Both the position numbers and the translations under genes were made by a program. A stretch of 60,393 bases of DNA, the filler included, from Sphacelaria rigidula (Eukaryota): NCBI GenBank assembly GCA_964200075.2. It is 5 parts of 5 records of this genome, joined end to end, with 100 filler letters (N's around TTAATTAATTAA, not from the genome) between each part and the next. Parts side by side here need not be neighbours in the genome. Positions count along the whole stretch, not along the records: positions 24,200 to 36,198 come from CAXNAA020004252.1; positions 36,299 to 48,296 come from CAXNAA020004253.1; 3 more parts are not named here. One strand, given 5' to 3'. The notes beneath the pieces were generated by a model. It was not told the DNA's origin and made no database searches. It saw only the letters and a program-made list of their open reading frames with translations. This document shows positions 28,903 through 41,400 of the stretch, piece by piece; positions within the stretch are counted from its first letter, which is position 1; each line of letters starts with the position of its first letter.

Positions 28903-31900
28903 CGAACCTCTACTTGAGTTGCGATGAAATCTCAAGAGCAACTAAAAATGAGGCTTGTCTCACCCATCAAGTCATGAGGAGACAACGCGAAAAAAACAAA
29001 ACAAGAGGGCAATGACCAGCCCGTGCACGATTCTCCCACACCTCAAACGAGAAAAACCAAAGGTGCCTAAAAAAGCGCAATTACGCAAGTGCAGTTGACT
29101 GGGCAGTAGCACACAATGCTGCTGCGAGCTAGCGAACAGATGCAAAAATCACACAATGCTTTGACGAGCTAGCTAGATAAAAAGCAAAGGAAAACCTCGG
29201 AGAGGATACAGTGGCAATCTCAGCAGGGAAACAGAAACTCAAGGACCCGAATAGGGTCGAGCGCCAGCCGGACAAAGTGGTGGCAGCGTAGAGGCCAATG
29301 GAAGGGGGCGAAGGGGATCCAAAGGAAGACGTCGAAGGGGTCGATGAGGGCAGAGATGAGCCATGGTAGGAGAGCCACAGTAGATGAAGCAGTGAAGAGG
29401 GGAGCGTACCTGAGTGGGAATAAGGGAAGTACCATAACCAAACTGGGAGGGGAGAGAAAAATCGCGATAAAGGGAGTGCAAAGAGATAGGACTCAAGATG
29501 GTGAATTGATGTCGTGTGTACGATCGATATTGCGCTGAAGGCCTCGGCGTAGGCCGTGTGACTTGAAGCGTTGTACGCACCAGGAACCGCGGGGTGTGGA
29601 GGGGCTAGTCGTGTATAAATCGGGGCGAAGCTTAAGCTGAACGGGCCCAGGGTCGTCGAGGAAACGCACGATGTACGTGTCGGCCGTGAGGGCATCGACG
29701 GAGTGGATCTGATCTAACCGCCAGAGGTAATCGCTGCCTTTATACCACAAATAGGCACATTTAGCGAGCGGTTGTTGTTTTGCGCGAATCTTTTCGTCCC
29801 CCTGCTTGGTGGGCACGAGTTCGTAACCATCGACTACAAACCGTAAGCCTTTGTCGCGGTGGAGTTCGCGGGCTGCAGCACCGCGTCTCATGTTGCGATA
29901 TCCCTTGTTGTCAGCGAGCTGATGCTGTGGGGATCGCGTCCAATAAAGAATGATAGCACGACGGTGCAGTCGAAGGTCGGACTCGCGTTCCCAAGGCGCA
30001 CGTTGAAGACCTTGCCAGTGTATCTTGTACATAACAGCAATTTTGCCGCCAGGACCTCGAGTGATTTGGTGGCCGGATGTGGGACACGGCCAAGAGGAGA
30101 GGTTGTTCAGTCACGTCATCGGTGGTAACGTGGTACGGTGGAGATTTTGTCGAGTGGCTGTTGAGCACGTATTGAGTGAGACCTGCAGGCAGGTATTGAG
30201 GCATGTTAGTAGTGTCATGCGGGTTCGTGCAAGGCTTGCAACGATGCACAGAGACGCGAGATTTAGCGTAATGTCCCTGGAGGTCACGAGGTAAATCCAG
30301 GTAGAGGAGTTTGTCGCCAACAGGCTTGCCGTCAGGAGACGTTGGCGAGGTCCTACTATGAGAATCTTGAACGTATCCGTCCAATTAAGGGACAGTGTGG
30401 TCTTCAAGACTGTTGCATGGGCAGTGCGGTCCGCGCCTTGACGGATGGTGGACAAACTGTTGTAGATCCAGAACCAATCGCCGATTTTCCAAGTAGGGCG
30501 TTTGTGCATCAAGTTGTAGAGGGCGGTATTGGATCTTTCAAGGCGTGAGGCGTTGATAGCGTGTTGTTCGCGCACCAAAGTGAAAGCCTTGCGCTGACAA
30601 GCCCTGGCGAGGTCGTGGTAGGACAGCTGATCCTGTTCCAGACCTTGGTGACCTTTGGGGGTATGTCTTTCGAAAACGGTGATGGGCAGACGAGGGTAGC
30701 GTCCAAGATGCAGCTCGTTGGGCGAGAGGCCTGTAGCCGCGTTGACCGAATTGTTGTAAGACAGCATGACATGCGAAAGATGAAGGTCCCAGTTATTCTG
30801 ACGGTCGTTTACGACCGTGGATAGCATTTGAGTCATAGTGTGGTTCACACATTCAGTTCCACCGTTACCGTTAGGGTGGTAGGCGCTCGTGGCAATTTTA
30901 TGAATGCCGAGGAGCTTGTACAAAGCATCCGAGAGTTCGGAGCAAAATTAGTGACCATCGTCGGAGAGAAGCCGTCTCGGGCAGCCATAGTGCTTAATGT
31001 CGTCATGGACGAGAATGTCCGCTGTGCCGGCAGCAGTGAAATCGCTAGCAGTAACAGCGTACATAGACGCGTGACGGCTGAAGCGATCGGTGAAATGCAG
31101 AATGTAGGTATTACCACGATCAGTGGTGGGTAAAGGGCCGAAGTATTCAAACGATACGAAGTGACCAGGAGCGTTTTGAAATTCCAAGGAGATCACCGGC
31201 CATCGTATAGTCTGTCGGGAGGTTTTGCGAGCCTGACATTTGAAACATCGTCGGACCCACAAACGCGTGGATGCTTCCATGCCGATCCACCAATAAAAGC
31301 GCTCAAGGAGCGCTAACGTGCGCGTGACGCCTAAGTGGCAGGACCCACGAACGCATCATGATAGGGACATAGATGCGGATAGGGGCGTCATGACGCATAT
31401 GTGCCGGAGTGGCAGTTGTTACTGCGGCAGCCGTGCCCAACTGGGAGTTGGATCGGTGAACAAGGAAGTGGACGTCGTCGTCAGTCGTGAAGATGGTACC
31501 TTTACGTGCAAACTTGAGCACTTCAGAGGTGGTGGGGGCGGGTAGAGTGCCCACGGGGGTCAGGATCTCAGCCGGGAAAGGGGTGGGGCACTTAAGCCGC
31601 AAGTACCGCATTGTCGCGCGACAGAATCCTGTTGTTGGTCGCGAGCCCAATCGCGGTGAGAGTAGCTAGCGAGATATTTTCTCGAAGTTGTCCTTCAGCC
31701 GGAGAGCCAACCAAACATGGTGGCTTAGGGAGGGGTGGCACAGGTGAGGAAGCAGGGATGCCGACGTCAATATTTTGGTCCGAAAGCGGATCTGACGCAT
31801 ACGTAGCGCGAGGCAGAGGCGCAGGTGCAGGGATATTCCCAGAAGGCGGCGTGGGGGTAGCGCGAAATGAGCGACGCGTGGGGCGCACAAGGGGCGCGGA

Positions 31901-34900
31901 CTTTGTCGGTACAACACTGGGCACGCGGCCGGTTGTGGTAGGTGTTGTACGGCTCGTGGGGGTGCGAGACGGTGGCGGCGACGCATTGCTAGAAGTGGCC
32001 GACGGTGGCGGTGGTATCACGGCATGCGAAGAATTTGCACGAGCTGCCGACCGAGAACGCATGTTGTCGGAGATGAGGTGAACAGTTGGTGGTGGCGGCG
32101 CCGAGATGTTCGCGCGGGGGTCGAAAGTGCGGAAGTCGGCAAAACCAGTAGCTGTGGGCGCGAAGCCACCCAAAACTGCATCAGGGGGCAGAGGGCGGGG
32201 GGCCCCCATGTGCAGACCTGTTTCAAGGCATTGCAGGTCAAGCGCGTAGATGGGCGTAGAAAAACGCCGAATAGGGTAGACGCCTGGGTCATCAGGTTTA
32301 GTCAAGCGGCAAGCGAGACTGAAATCTACCGCTGTAGGGGGCAAAGGCAATCGCGAAAGAAGGTCAGCATTGCCGTTGGTTTTGCCGGGACCGTGTTTAA
32401 CAGTGTACTGGTAAGCAGTCAAAACCTCCAGTCACCGTTGTACGCGGGGGTTATGTTCTCCAACCTTAGCGAGTTGTTCAAGAGCTCCGTGATCTGTATA
32501 GTGGAAAGGCGCGTGGAACAAGTACTGTCGAAGCCTTTTAATAGCCCAAGTTATGACTCCGCCTTCTAGTTCGAGTGGACTCCAGTTTGCCTCGTTTGGG
32601 AGGGTTGCGCGGCTAATATACAAAATAGGTCGGACAGAGCCATCCAGTTGAGGCTCATTCAAAACTGCGCCAAACCCGTCTATGCTAGCATCGGTGTGTA
32701 GTTGGAAAAGACGTGAGCCGTCTTGTACCGCATCCCAATCCGGAAAACAAAGAACCGGTTTTTCGGTCAGTGTTTTGAGAAATTCGCGGACGGTAGCTTC
32801 CATTTCTTTAGTAAAGACAAACGAGATGTTAATCTTCAATAAATCAGTGATGGGCCGGATCCGCGTGGACAAGTTGGGCAAAATATTTTACGAGAATAAG
32901 AAAGTCCGCCCAACAGCGAGCGAAGCTGCGAAATATTGGTGGGCATGGGCATATCAGTCATGGCCTTGACTTTGTTCGTGTCTGGGTGCAATCCACCAGG
33001 GGAGATAGTTAGTCGCTCCGAGTCGAGCTTTGCATGGAGACAACTTCAAGTCGTGTGTACGCAAGCGGGAGAGGAATTCCCGTAGAGTGCGAACATGCGC
33101 ATTGGGGGAGACATCAAAAGCGATATCATCGTCTAGATACATGGTAACATGCTCGGGACCGTCAGTAACGCGTTGCATGAGGCGTTGAAAGCAGCCAGGT
33201 GCTGTGGCAGCGCCTTGTGGCATACGAAGCCATGTATAAAGCCCTGAAGATGTACATAAGGCTGTCAAGGGAACTGTATCGGGGTGAATTGCATTTTTGA
33301 AAAATCCAGATGCCAGATCGAAAGTGCTGAATATTTTTCCTTCGCCGAGAGAGTCGAAGACTTGGTCGATGCGGGGTATGGGGAGTGTTCCCACGACAGT
33401 GACGCGATTCAGCCGTTTGTAATTTACGGTGATGCGTATCTTGCCATGTTTTTTGGGGACGACCACGAGGGGTGAGGCCCATGGCGAACACGAGTGTTGA
33501 ATCAGACCAGCTCCCATGTATGCATCCAAAATAGCATTGGCTTTTTTGGTGAGGAGGGGATTCTTTCGATATGGTCGAGATGAGATTGGCGGAACGCCAG
33601 GTTGCAGGGTTATCTCGAATGGCAATGTTTTACAATGCGCGAGATCCGTCTTGGATCGGGAAAATCTGTCCTGATATTCCAGGAGAACATCTTGTAACTC
33701 TTGGATGACAGCGGGCTCCCAGCCCGGACCATGTAGATCGAAATGGATATCACGCAAATGGGGTGGAAGTTGGTGCCACATTTGCAGGAAGTGTCCCCGA
33801 GACTCGACCGATAATCGTTGAAGCACTTCATCAGGAGGTTCAGCAGGTGGTCAGTCGGATTCCACCGCAGAAATCCGAGTCGGGGGTGAGAGGGATAGAT
33901 CAAAGTATGGCTCATCAATGCAGTGAACAGAACCATCAGCCGGCGGTGTGGGATCAAGCGCCGGAGGGTCGGCGACACAGGTATCTAGAGGAATGTGCAT
34001 AAGAGGAGCCGCAGTGATGCCCAAGACATCGCCAGGTTCCAAATTAGCGTGGCCTGTGAGAGGCAGGAGTAGTTCGCCGTCCGAGACAAAATGCTCAGTG
34101 CCAGCGGGTGCATCAACTTTAGGCAGCAAGGTAGTGGCCGGTGAGGGTAGGCATACCGTTGCGGCGAACAAGCAGAACTTCCAAGAGTTGAGGCTCGTCG
34201 GAAAGGGTGACACCAGAACTGCCATTGTACCGAAGGTGGTAAGCCGCTCCGGCAGCCTGCTCATTCTTTTTGTAGGCTAAAGCATCACTGAGGGTACCAA
34301 AGTGTTCTAGTTGGCGATGATGGTGGGAGAGTGCGGTACGTACGTTGGTCGAACCGCATGTAGCTATCTCTGCCAAGGAGGAGAGCATGATGCATGGTGC
34401 TATCAGGGACGATGTAAGCCCAGACTGCGAAATTAGCCGAACGTGTATCATTGTGGAAAAATTGTACACTAAGACGAACAGCTTTTCGTGTCGTCGAAGG
34501 TGTGTTGGAATCGACAAAACCGCCCCAAACGCGAGGTTGGGTGGTGATTTCGCAGATATCGGAAGCTGCGCTAGTCTGCTTCATATGATTCCACATGGAT
34601 TCTTTGATGAATGTCTGTGGACAACCGCTGTCTAACAACGAGACGCACTTGGCGCGCGCGGTGGCGTAAGGGCCGCAGTGTAATGCTACGCGGGTAGTGA
34701 AAGTGGCAGGATCAACGGACACCTTACCACCGACGAGGTCAGGACCATATTCAGATAATGTGAATTGGTCAGGATCACGGGGGTCATCAGTAGAGGATGC
34801 GGTACCGTCTGAAAGGTCCAATTCGGATTCCTTTTGGATGCCTGGCAATGTCATCGAGCTCAATCGCCGCTGTTTGGGGAGAATGAGGTCGGAATTTTCC

Positions 34901-36198
34901 GCTGGCGGGAAGGGTACGTGTAAATACTCGCTCTTCCCTGGGGGCATGACGACGAGGCTTCCTCTCGTGCCGTGACAAATGGCTGGGAACTTCCAAGACT
35001 TCTTGGGAAGCTGCGTCTGCATCCAGTTGAGGTGGTGCTGTCAACATCGGGGCATGCTCGGCCGAAACTTGTGGACTGTCCGCTGGCAAGCTCTGTACAA
35101 CGGGCACTGCTAAATGTGAATGGGGACGAGTGTTGTCCGTTGTATGTTGGGGAAGTTTTGCGGCAGAAGGGTGGCGCGAGGAACGACTGCGATCAGGCTG
35201 AGTAGGAGTCGAAGGATTTGAAGTGGTCAGTTTCAAACCATCAACAGCACCAGAACCAGTTCAAGGAAGTCTGCTACAACCGGTGCGTGCGGTCGTTGAG
35301 GGAATCCTGTGCCTCAAGGGTCTGCGGTCGGTTTTCCCACACCTCAGATTTATACTTAGTTCCGGAGGACCAAGTCTGGAGCCAAGCATAGAGCTGGGTG
35401 GTGGGTCAACGCAACGATTATGCTGTGTGTACGAAGATGAAGACGGGGGTCGAGAAGAACGGCCGTCATTAGATCTCCTACACAGTGTTGAAGAGTATGG
35501 GTGAGAACGTTTTGTCATCCGAGCGGCGGTGTGTGTTGGATGAGTCTTCGATTCTGCTATCGGCGGCGCCGAAGACTTCACGCCGTCGTCGCGTGTCATG
35601 GGTCGTTATGATCCGTCTTAAAAGAACCAGGATTTCTGGCATTGAGGTTTGAGTTGTCGCGACTCGGCCACGTTCGCTGATGATGACCATGCGAAGACTG
35701 AGGAGGGCGGAAAGAACTATCTCTATGGCGAATACCTGAGACCGTGGTGGTGGTGGTGTGGCGGCGGTCGCGATTTGAGCGAGGAGCAATGCTACGGTAG
35801 GGGTGCACTTTTTTCGCGAAATTATGTCTAGCTCAGGGGCTCCTAACGATTCAAGATGCACAAAAATATTGGTCAGGACATTCCCGTTTGCAAATTCATT
35901 CGGGATGTCCCCAGCATATTGGAGTAGTAATCCTGGCGTACTTCCACATATTTTCATAGGTCGCGTTGTGCATGAGATAAAGGGCTCCTAACAATTTTAA
36001 CCTCAGAAAATATTTGTGCACCCCTACCGTAGCATCACTCCGAGAGTCGCTATGATTGTGGTAAGACTGGCGATGGTGGCGAGATGGTGTGCAATACTCG
36101 CGCATGCGTTTTTGCCATCGGCGCCACGCCGACCCGTTGCGCTGAAGTTCAGCATTCATGAGCAAAAAAGTATTGATGCAAGGTTCAGGGCAGTCACG
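28889..36198 (-). mobile_element. Ty3/Gypsy LTR retrotransposon (chromodomain-bearing), near full internal region, inactivated by stops and frameshifts
   Basis: Gypsy domain order: gag-like; protease LLDSGCPQTF (~34630); RT SPWASPLVVVPKK..IRITVNYKRLN, MPQG, YLDD (~33130); RNase H LHTDASIDGFGAVL, ELEG; integrase HLG..CFKC, FGPLP, DRFSR, LLSD, SAYHPNGNG; chromodomain YKIHWQG...WERESDL. Confidence 0.95.
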
Positions 36199-36316
36199 NN
36201 NNNNNNNNNNNNNNNNNNNNNNNNNNNNNNNNNNNNNNNNNNTTAATTAATTAANNNNNNNNNNNNNNNNNNNNNNNNNNNNNNNNNNNNNNNNNNNNAT
36301 CTCAATCACTGCGCAC

Positions 36317-38169
36317 CTACAGTACGACATGCCCTGTTGTACACCCACAACTGGTGCAGCACCATCACTTTGCGGCCGCGACACAACTGACTGTAACCGT
36401 TTCCCCCCCGTAATTCCGCCGCACATGCCAGCCTCAACTCTCTTCACTTCGCAGCTGACTGCAGTTTGGTATTTCGTTTGATGGGAACTTGTCAGATCGC
36501 AGTGCTACGTGAAATGAAAGACGCGCGTTGATTTGCAGATTACCACGATGTGTCATGGTAAGCACAACTCGCGATAGATCCATCAGTTAGAACCAGCTGA
36601 AGTAAAGTCCGCTTCTTAGGCGGCCCAGCCTGTAGATCAAGCAACCTGCCCCAGCTAGTCCAAGATCAACTGACTTGTTTAATCTATAATTAGTTCAAGT
36701 AAGTTGTCTCAGCTAGTCTAAGATTGATTGACCTGGGTTACCTACACTCAATCCAAGGAACTTGCCTCCGCAACTACCTGTTGAGCAAGAAGTAGCGTGC
36801 CTCAGCTATAAAAGTCCAACATCAAGTGAGTTGCTTCACCTGTACTCAGTTCAAGTAACTTCTTGCCTCGGGTAGTCAAAGATCGAGTAACCTGGCTCAC
36901 CCATAATCAGTCCCAGTAACGTACCTCAGCCACTCTAGCAAGATCAAGTGACTCGCTATGTAAGTGAATTGGTGCTGGAAATTGCTTTGTGTAGGAGTTA
37001 GCATGTTCCCCGGGGTGGGGCGAAGTGATGCAAAAGGGGCTATGAGGTGTGCGTCTTGCGAGTGTGTTTTCCGTCTGTCTATGATACAACGAAAGAATAT
37101 ATGTCTTGTGATAAACGAGCCCCATAATCGATGCAGCTAGCTGTCACGTGGATTTTCCACCCCTTTTCAGCTACTTCCCCGCCTAATATGTTTGACAAGC
37201 GTACGCAAGGAGCAACCCGGGCCGCAGCAAGTGGCGACCTGACGTGAGCAAAGCGAGCCAGGTTAGTAGGAAATTTGGAGGCTGGAGGTGCCAGGAAACG
37301 GACGGATTTTTTTCTTGGACCTTTCAAGTTTCAACACCCGCTGAACAAGCGCAACAAGAATATATACCTAGTGGAGATCGGCACCGCACTAACCGCAGCT
37401 ATTAATAGCTGCCACATGGATTTTCCATCTCTCACCAGCTACTGCTGTGTGCAATATTTTGGCTAACTGTAGGCAAAGAGCAAGGCTAGAACACGGGACG
37501 TGGCAGGTTGAGGTGATTAAAGCGGACCGGGCTGCGAGGAAATCTAGCCGCTCGAGGTCCTAAAGCTACTACAGTTGTGCTGTCTGTACTATTGTAGCGT
37601 ACTATCTATCCAGGATCTTTCAGCACCCGCCGCACAAGTGCAACTGCCATAACGGTCCGTCCGGAAGGAAGATAATTACGTGAAAGATACGTCAAGGTAA
37701 TACGACGAGAGACACCGTGAAGATAGCAGCAGAAGACGATGATGCGCAGCAAAAGAAACACACGGCACATACGGTCGACTTCACACATCCACCACCTGCC
37801 ACATTTCCATTCCGAAAAGAATAAAGCAACAGCAACGCTATCCCATTTCACACTTCACTTTTTGTGTGTGCCGCATTCCGGAATCTAGGAGAATCGCGAA
37901 ATGCCACGACAGTACAGTGACAACATATATACAGCGTACAACGTACTCACCACTGGGATCGGCGCTTCACTGTGAGCGTCATCCTCTGGCTCATCCTCAT
38001 AGTCAGATTCCGTCCCCTCCTCGTTTTCGCGTCCGTAACTATTCCCTCTTTCCCCATGTCTTCCATTCTCCATGAAGTCATCATTGTCAAGGCGGGGGCT
38101 CTCAGGGTAGTTTGCCATTCGGTTATACTGATCATACGGACTGTCGTTCATATCGTCAGTGCAAGCCAT
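36317..38169 (-). CDS. 5' exons of an uncharacterised gene transcribed divergently from MND1 (continues into the gap)
   Basis: Exon 38169-37951 (MACTDDMNDSPY...EEGTESDYEDEPEDDAHSEAPIPV, donor GTGAGT; alternative ATG at 38211), exon 37466-37436 (CTACAG|, GTGAGA) and exon 36458-36317 are phase compatible. Exons 2 and 3 are less certain. Confidence 0.5.
36650..36956 (+). repeat. Degenerate ~58-bp minisatellite
   Basis: CAGCTAGTCCAAGATCAACTGAC...AGTTCAAGTAAGTTGTCT recurs at about 36652, 36710, 36803, 36869 and 36927. Confidence 0.7.
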
Positions 38170-38465
38170 GGCGCAGTCGGCGTGGCAAGCCCAGCAACCC
38201 AAGTTTGCCATGCCTATTCTGCCCACAGGGCTAGGCTTACAAAGTGCTCGTGTGTAGTGCCGGAGATTGAGCCACACTCCAGAAGTACAAGTTGTACGCG
38301 CGCGCTTACATATGTATGGGGAGCTGGAATGTTCAGCTCATTGTTCCAGTGGGTAGATTATGACACCAGGGTGTGATGCAAACCGTCACACACGGGAACT
38401 GATGACAAGGCATGATCTAGTGTGAGCGGTTGCTTGGTGCTGACCCCCAAGCAGTCGGAGGCGCG

Positions 38466-41400
38466 ATGGTGCGTAAGGGGCTGTCCGCAGAAGAGAAGCG
38501 AGAGAAGATCCTAGGCATTTACCACTCCACCAAGGCGGTGTTCAATCTCAAGGAAATAGAAAAAGCAGCGTCGAAGCTTGGGGTGGTCTCCCAGACTGTG
38601 AAGGTGTATCATGTGACCGAGCAGGCGCAGAGTACAGACACGGTACAGTAAGGGGCCGAGCACATCATCGACTGCGGACTGTAATTTGACCCTACAGTCT
38701 GTAGTTTCTGATGTACTTCCCCGACTGCGTTCAGCTGGCGATACTTGGTACGAGCAGCAGTTGTGTTGTAGGAGCTAGCTTGTAAATTTGAGGGTGATAT
38801 AATCGACATCTTATGGACGGGACTTTACTGCGGAAAAGTTTCGACTCGGACCGCTTTCATGTACGAGTAGATGTTTTAAAGACTTGTACGAGCTGGGCCA
38901 GCTGACGGTGACTTTTTATTCTTGAGGTCTCTGGGCCCGGCTGTGGGAATTTGAGAAGTTAGGCGCCAAACTTTTGACACTTCAATCATTAACATGCGCA
39001 ACATTTCTCGGGATGCCAAGGAAAAAAACAAAACAAAACAAAAAAATTGAGCAATGTAAAAATTCAGCAAAACTAGAAAAGTGTCACAACTGTGAAAATA
39101 AAGAAGAACGGCGGTATCCCCAGAAACACTGTGCGTACTTTCGTTCAGGAGATCCTGGTAGAAATTCGGCCCCAAATTCCTAAAATTGGGCGAAGCCAGG
39201 CACTTTTTGTTTGACACGGCTGCACCGCGATGGTCAAACTGGTACAACAGCCTTTAGTTCCGCAGATCACGAGTTCGAATCCCGACACGACCTTTTTCTT
39301 GTGTGCATAATCTAATCGTGCATGGTCTCTGCTTTCTCCCGAGTTGCAATGAGTCTCGTTATTTTGGCGACGATCTTGTGTTTTGGGGGGGGTATGGCGT
39401 AGTTTCAAGTAGCACTTCTCCCTCTTGCGGTGATATATGACAGTCGACTCGGATGTCCTCTCCCATGATGGAGCTGTTGATAAGCTTGATGCCATCTGGG
39501 AGCGCTATCAGTGTGCTTTTGCCAGCGCATATCGGCCGTTCGTGTGCCTGTGCGGCGCACCTGTCTATCGTAATTCCACCGCATTTTGTGAAACGAAACG
39601 TCTTCAGACACGCTATCACGCAACGACATGCGACGTACCCGGTACTTAACACAGTACAATGACATCATGGCCAAAACTGCGCCATTCGACCAGAGGCAGA
39701 GCCGTGCGTTACCAGGTTGGTCTGCAGTTCACCGCAATATGCTCAAGTCGGGGTGATTCGGGAAACTTGAGAAGTTGTGGTGTGACCTGCGAATGCGGGA
39801 TTTAGTGCTGGCCGAGCTCGTAGGTACTCGCAGCCAGTCACAGCGTCTGTTTGCGCAGGTTCGACCGTCAAGCACGGGCAAAAGATCGAAATTCGAACCT
39901 CAATCGGTTAAAGTAAGACTGTACGTGTGCAGGCAGTGTGCAGGAGCCGAATGGAGCAAACTCTGTTCATTCTGTGCAGTGTAATACTTTCTGTTCTGAA
40001 CTGTCTTACATCGCTTGCGTCACACCGCGGTGAGCGCAGTCCAGACTGTTTCCAACGACGAGCGTTCCGCCCCGAGGAATATAATGCCACCCGTCCTACA
40101 TGACTGCGCGTTCTGCTCGTAACCTGCGTTGTTTTCCAATTTCAGGTGTATCTGTACCCTAGACCTCTCATCACGCTAAAGTCGTAAACGGACTCGAATC
40201 GCGCTCGGCAGGATGTGAACCAAGCGCTGGTGGACGATGGGCTGGTGGACATGGACAAGATAGGCAGCTCCAACTTCTTCTGGTCTTTTCCTAGCAAGGT
40301 TGTCGTCACCCGACAAAACATCGTGGATTCTCTCACACGCGATATCGCCAAGGTATCTGAGGAGATTGTTATGGAATGTGTGTATGGTCACCCTTCGCGC
40401 CATCCTCCGCACTACCCAAGTTGTTCTGTAGCCCAGTCGGGATACAATCCAACGATATATGCATGAAGAGACACGCACAAGGCAATATCTCACATGACCG
40501 TCTTTGAGTCGGAAAGCGCTCTCACATGATTGCTGGTGAATCGGGATAAATCAAACGTGGTTCCTCCGAGCCACGTGTCGTCTGTGAACTGTTGAACACG
40601 TACGTAGTTTCGCGAGGTGGAGCACACGTTTCCCGGACCGTAACTTAGTTTACATCTCTTCAAAAAGTTAGAGCCCATCTTAACCCTTAGACAGCGACCC
40701 CCCTGCAGGTGGACTGAGTTGGACAATGCCACATTCGGGGTTCAGAACAGCTTTTTTCATCTTTTTTTATGAAAATGTGGATGTTTGGCATCCATACCGA
40801 AAAAAGCCCCGGAGAACTCCTGACCAGTTCTGACCCTGCAGCCTACTGCGTGCAGAGTTAGTATATGTGCTGCATGTCTTCGCTGGATACATATGGCAAG
40901 AAACAGTCAGCTTGATATCGCTCTCCACTGAACACAGTCTACTGCGTGCTGTTCATGTATCTGCTTAGTGTTCCACAGCTACACTACAGACACGCTATAC
41001 TGGCAACATATAGGGAGCAGGATGGCGGCATAGACCACGAGAAGAATGAAAAAGCACGTTATTTGTGTCTATGTAATCTATGGTTGAATCGTCATGACCA
41101 AAATGTGAAATGGCGCTAGACAGCGAAGTAGTCCACCTGTAGTCCACCTATAGGGGAACAAAGTGACCATTTCGCAGCCGTGATTGGTCAGAATAGTCAT
41201 TCCGCGCCCCTCGGGTCTCGTTTCTGGCTCAGGATCTTCCGCGGGAAACTGCCAAACACACATGACACATGGTTGACTTCGAGCTTTCCGGCTGCTCTGC
41301 GGACAGACACCACCCCCGCCTCCCCCCCCGACCACTGGAAACCCCAGAATGTCTCCGGACTGTCAGCGTGTGAAAATGTTCCGGGACGACACTCGCTGTC

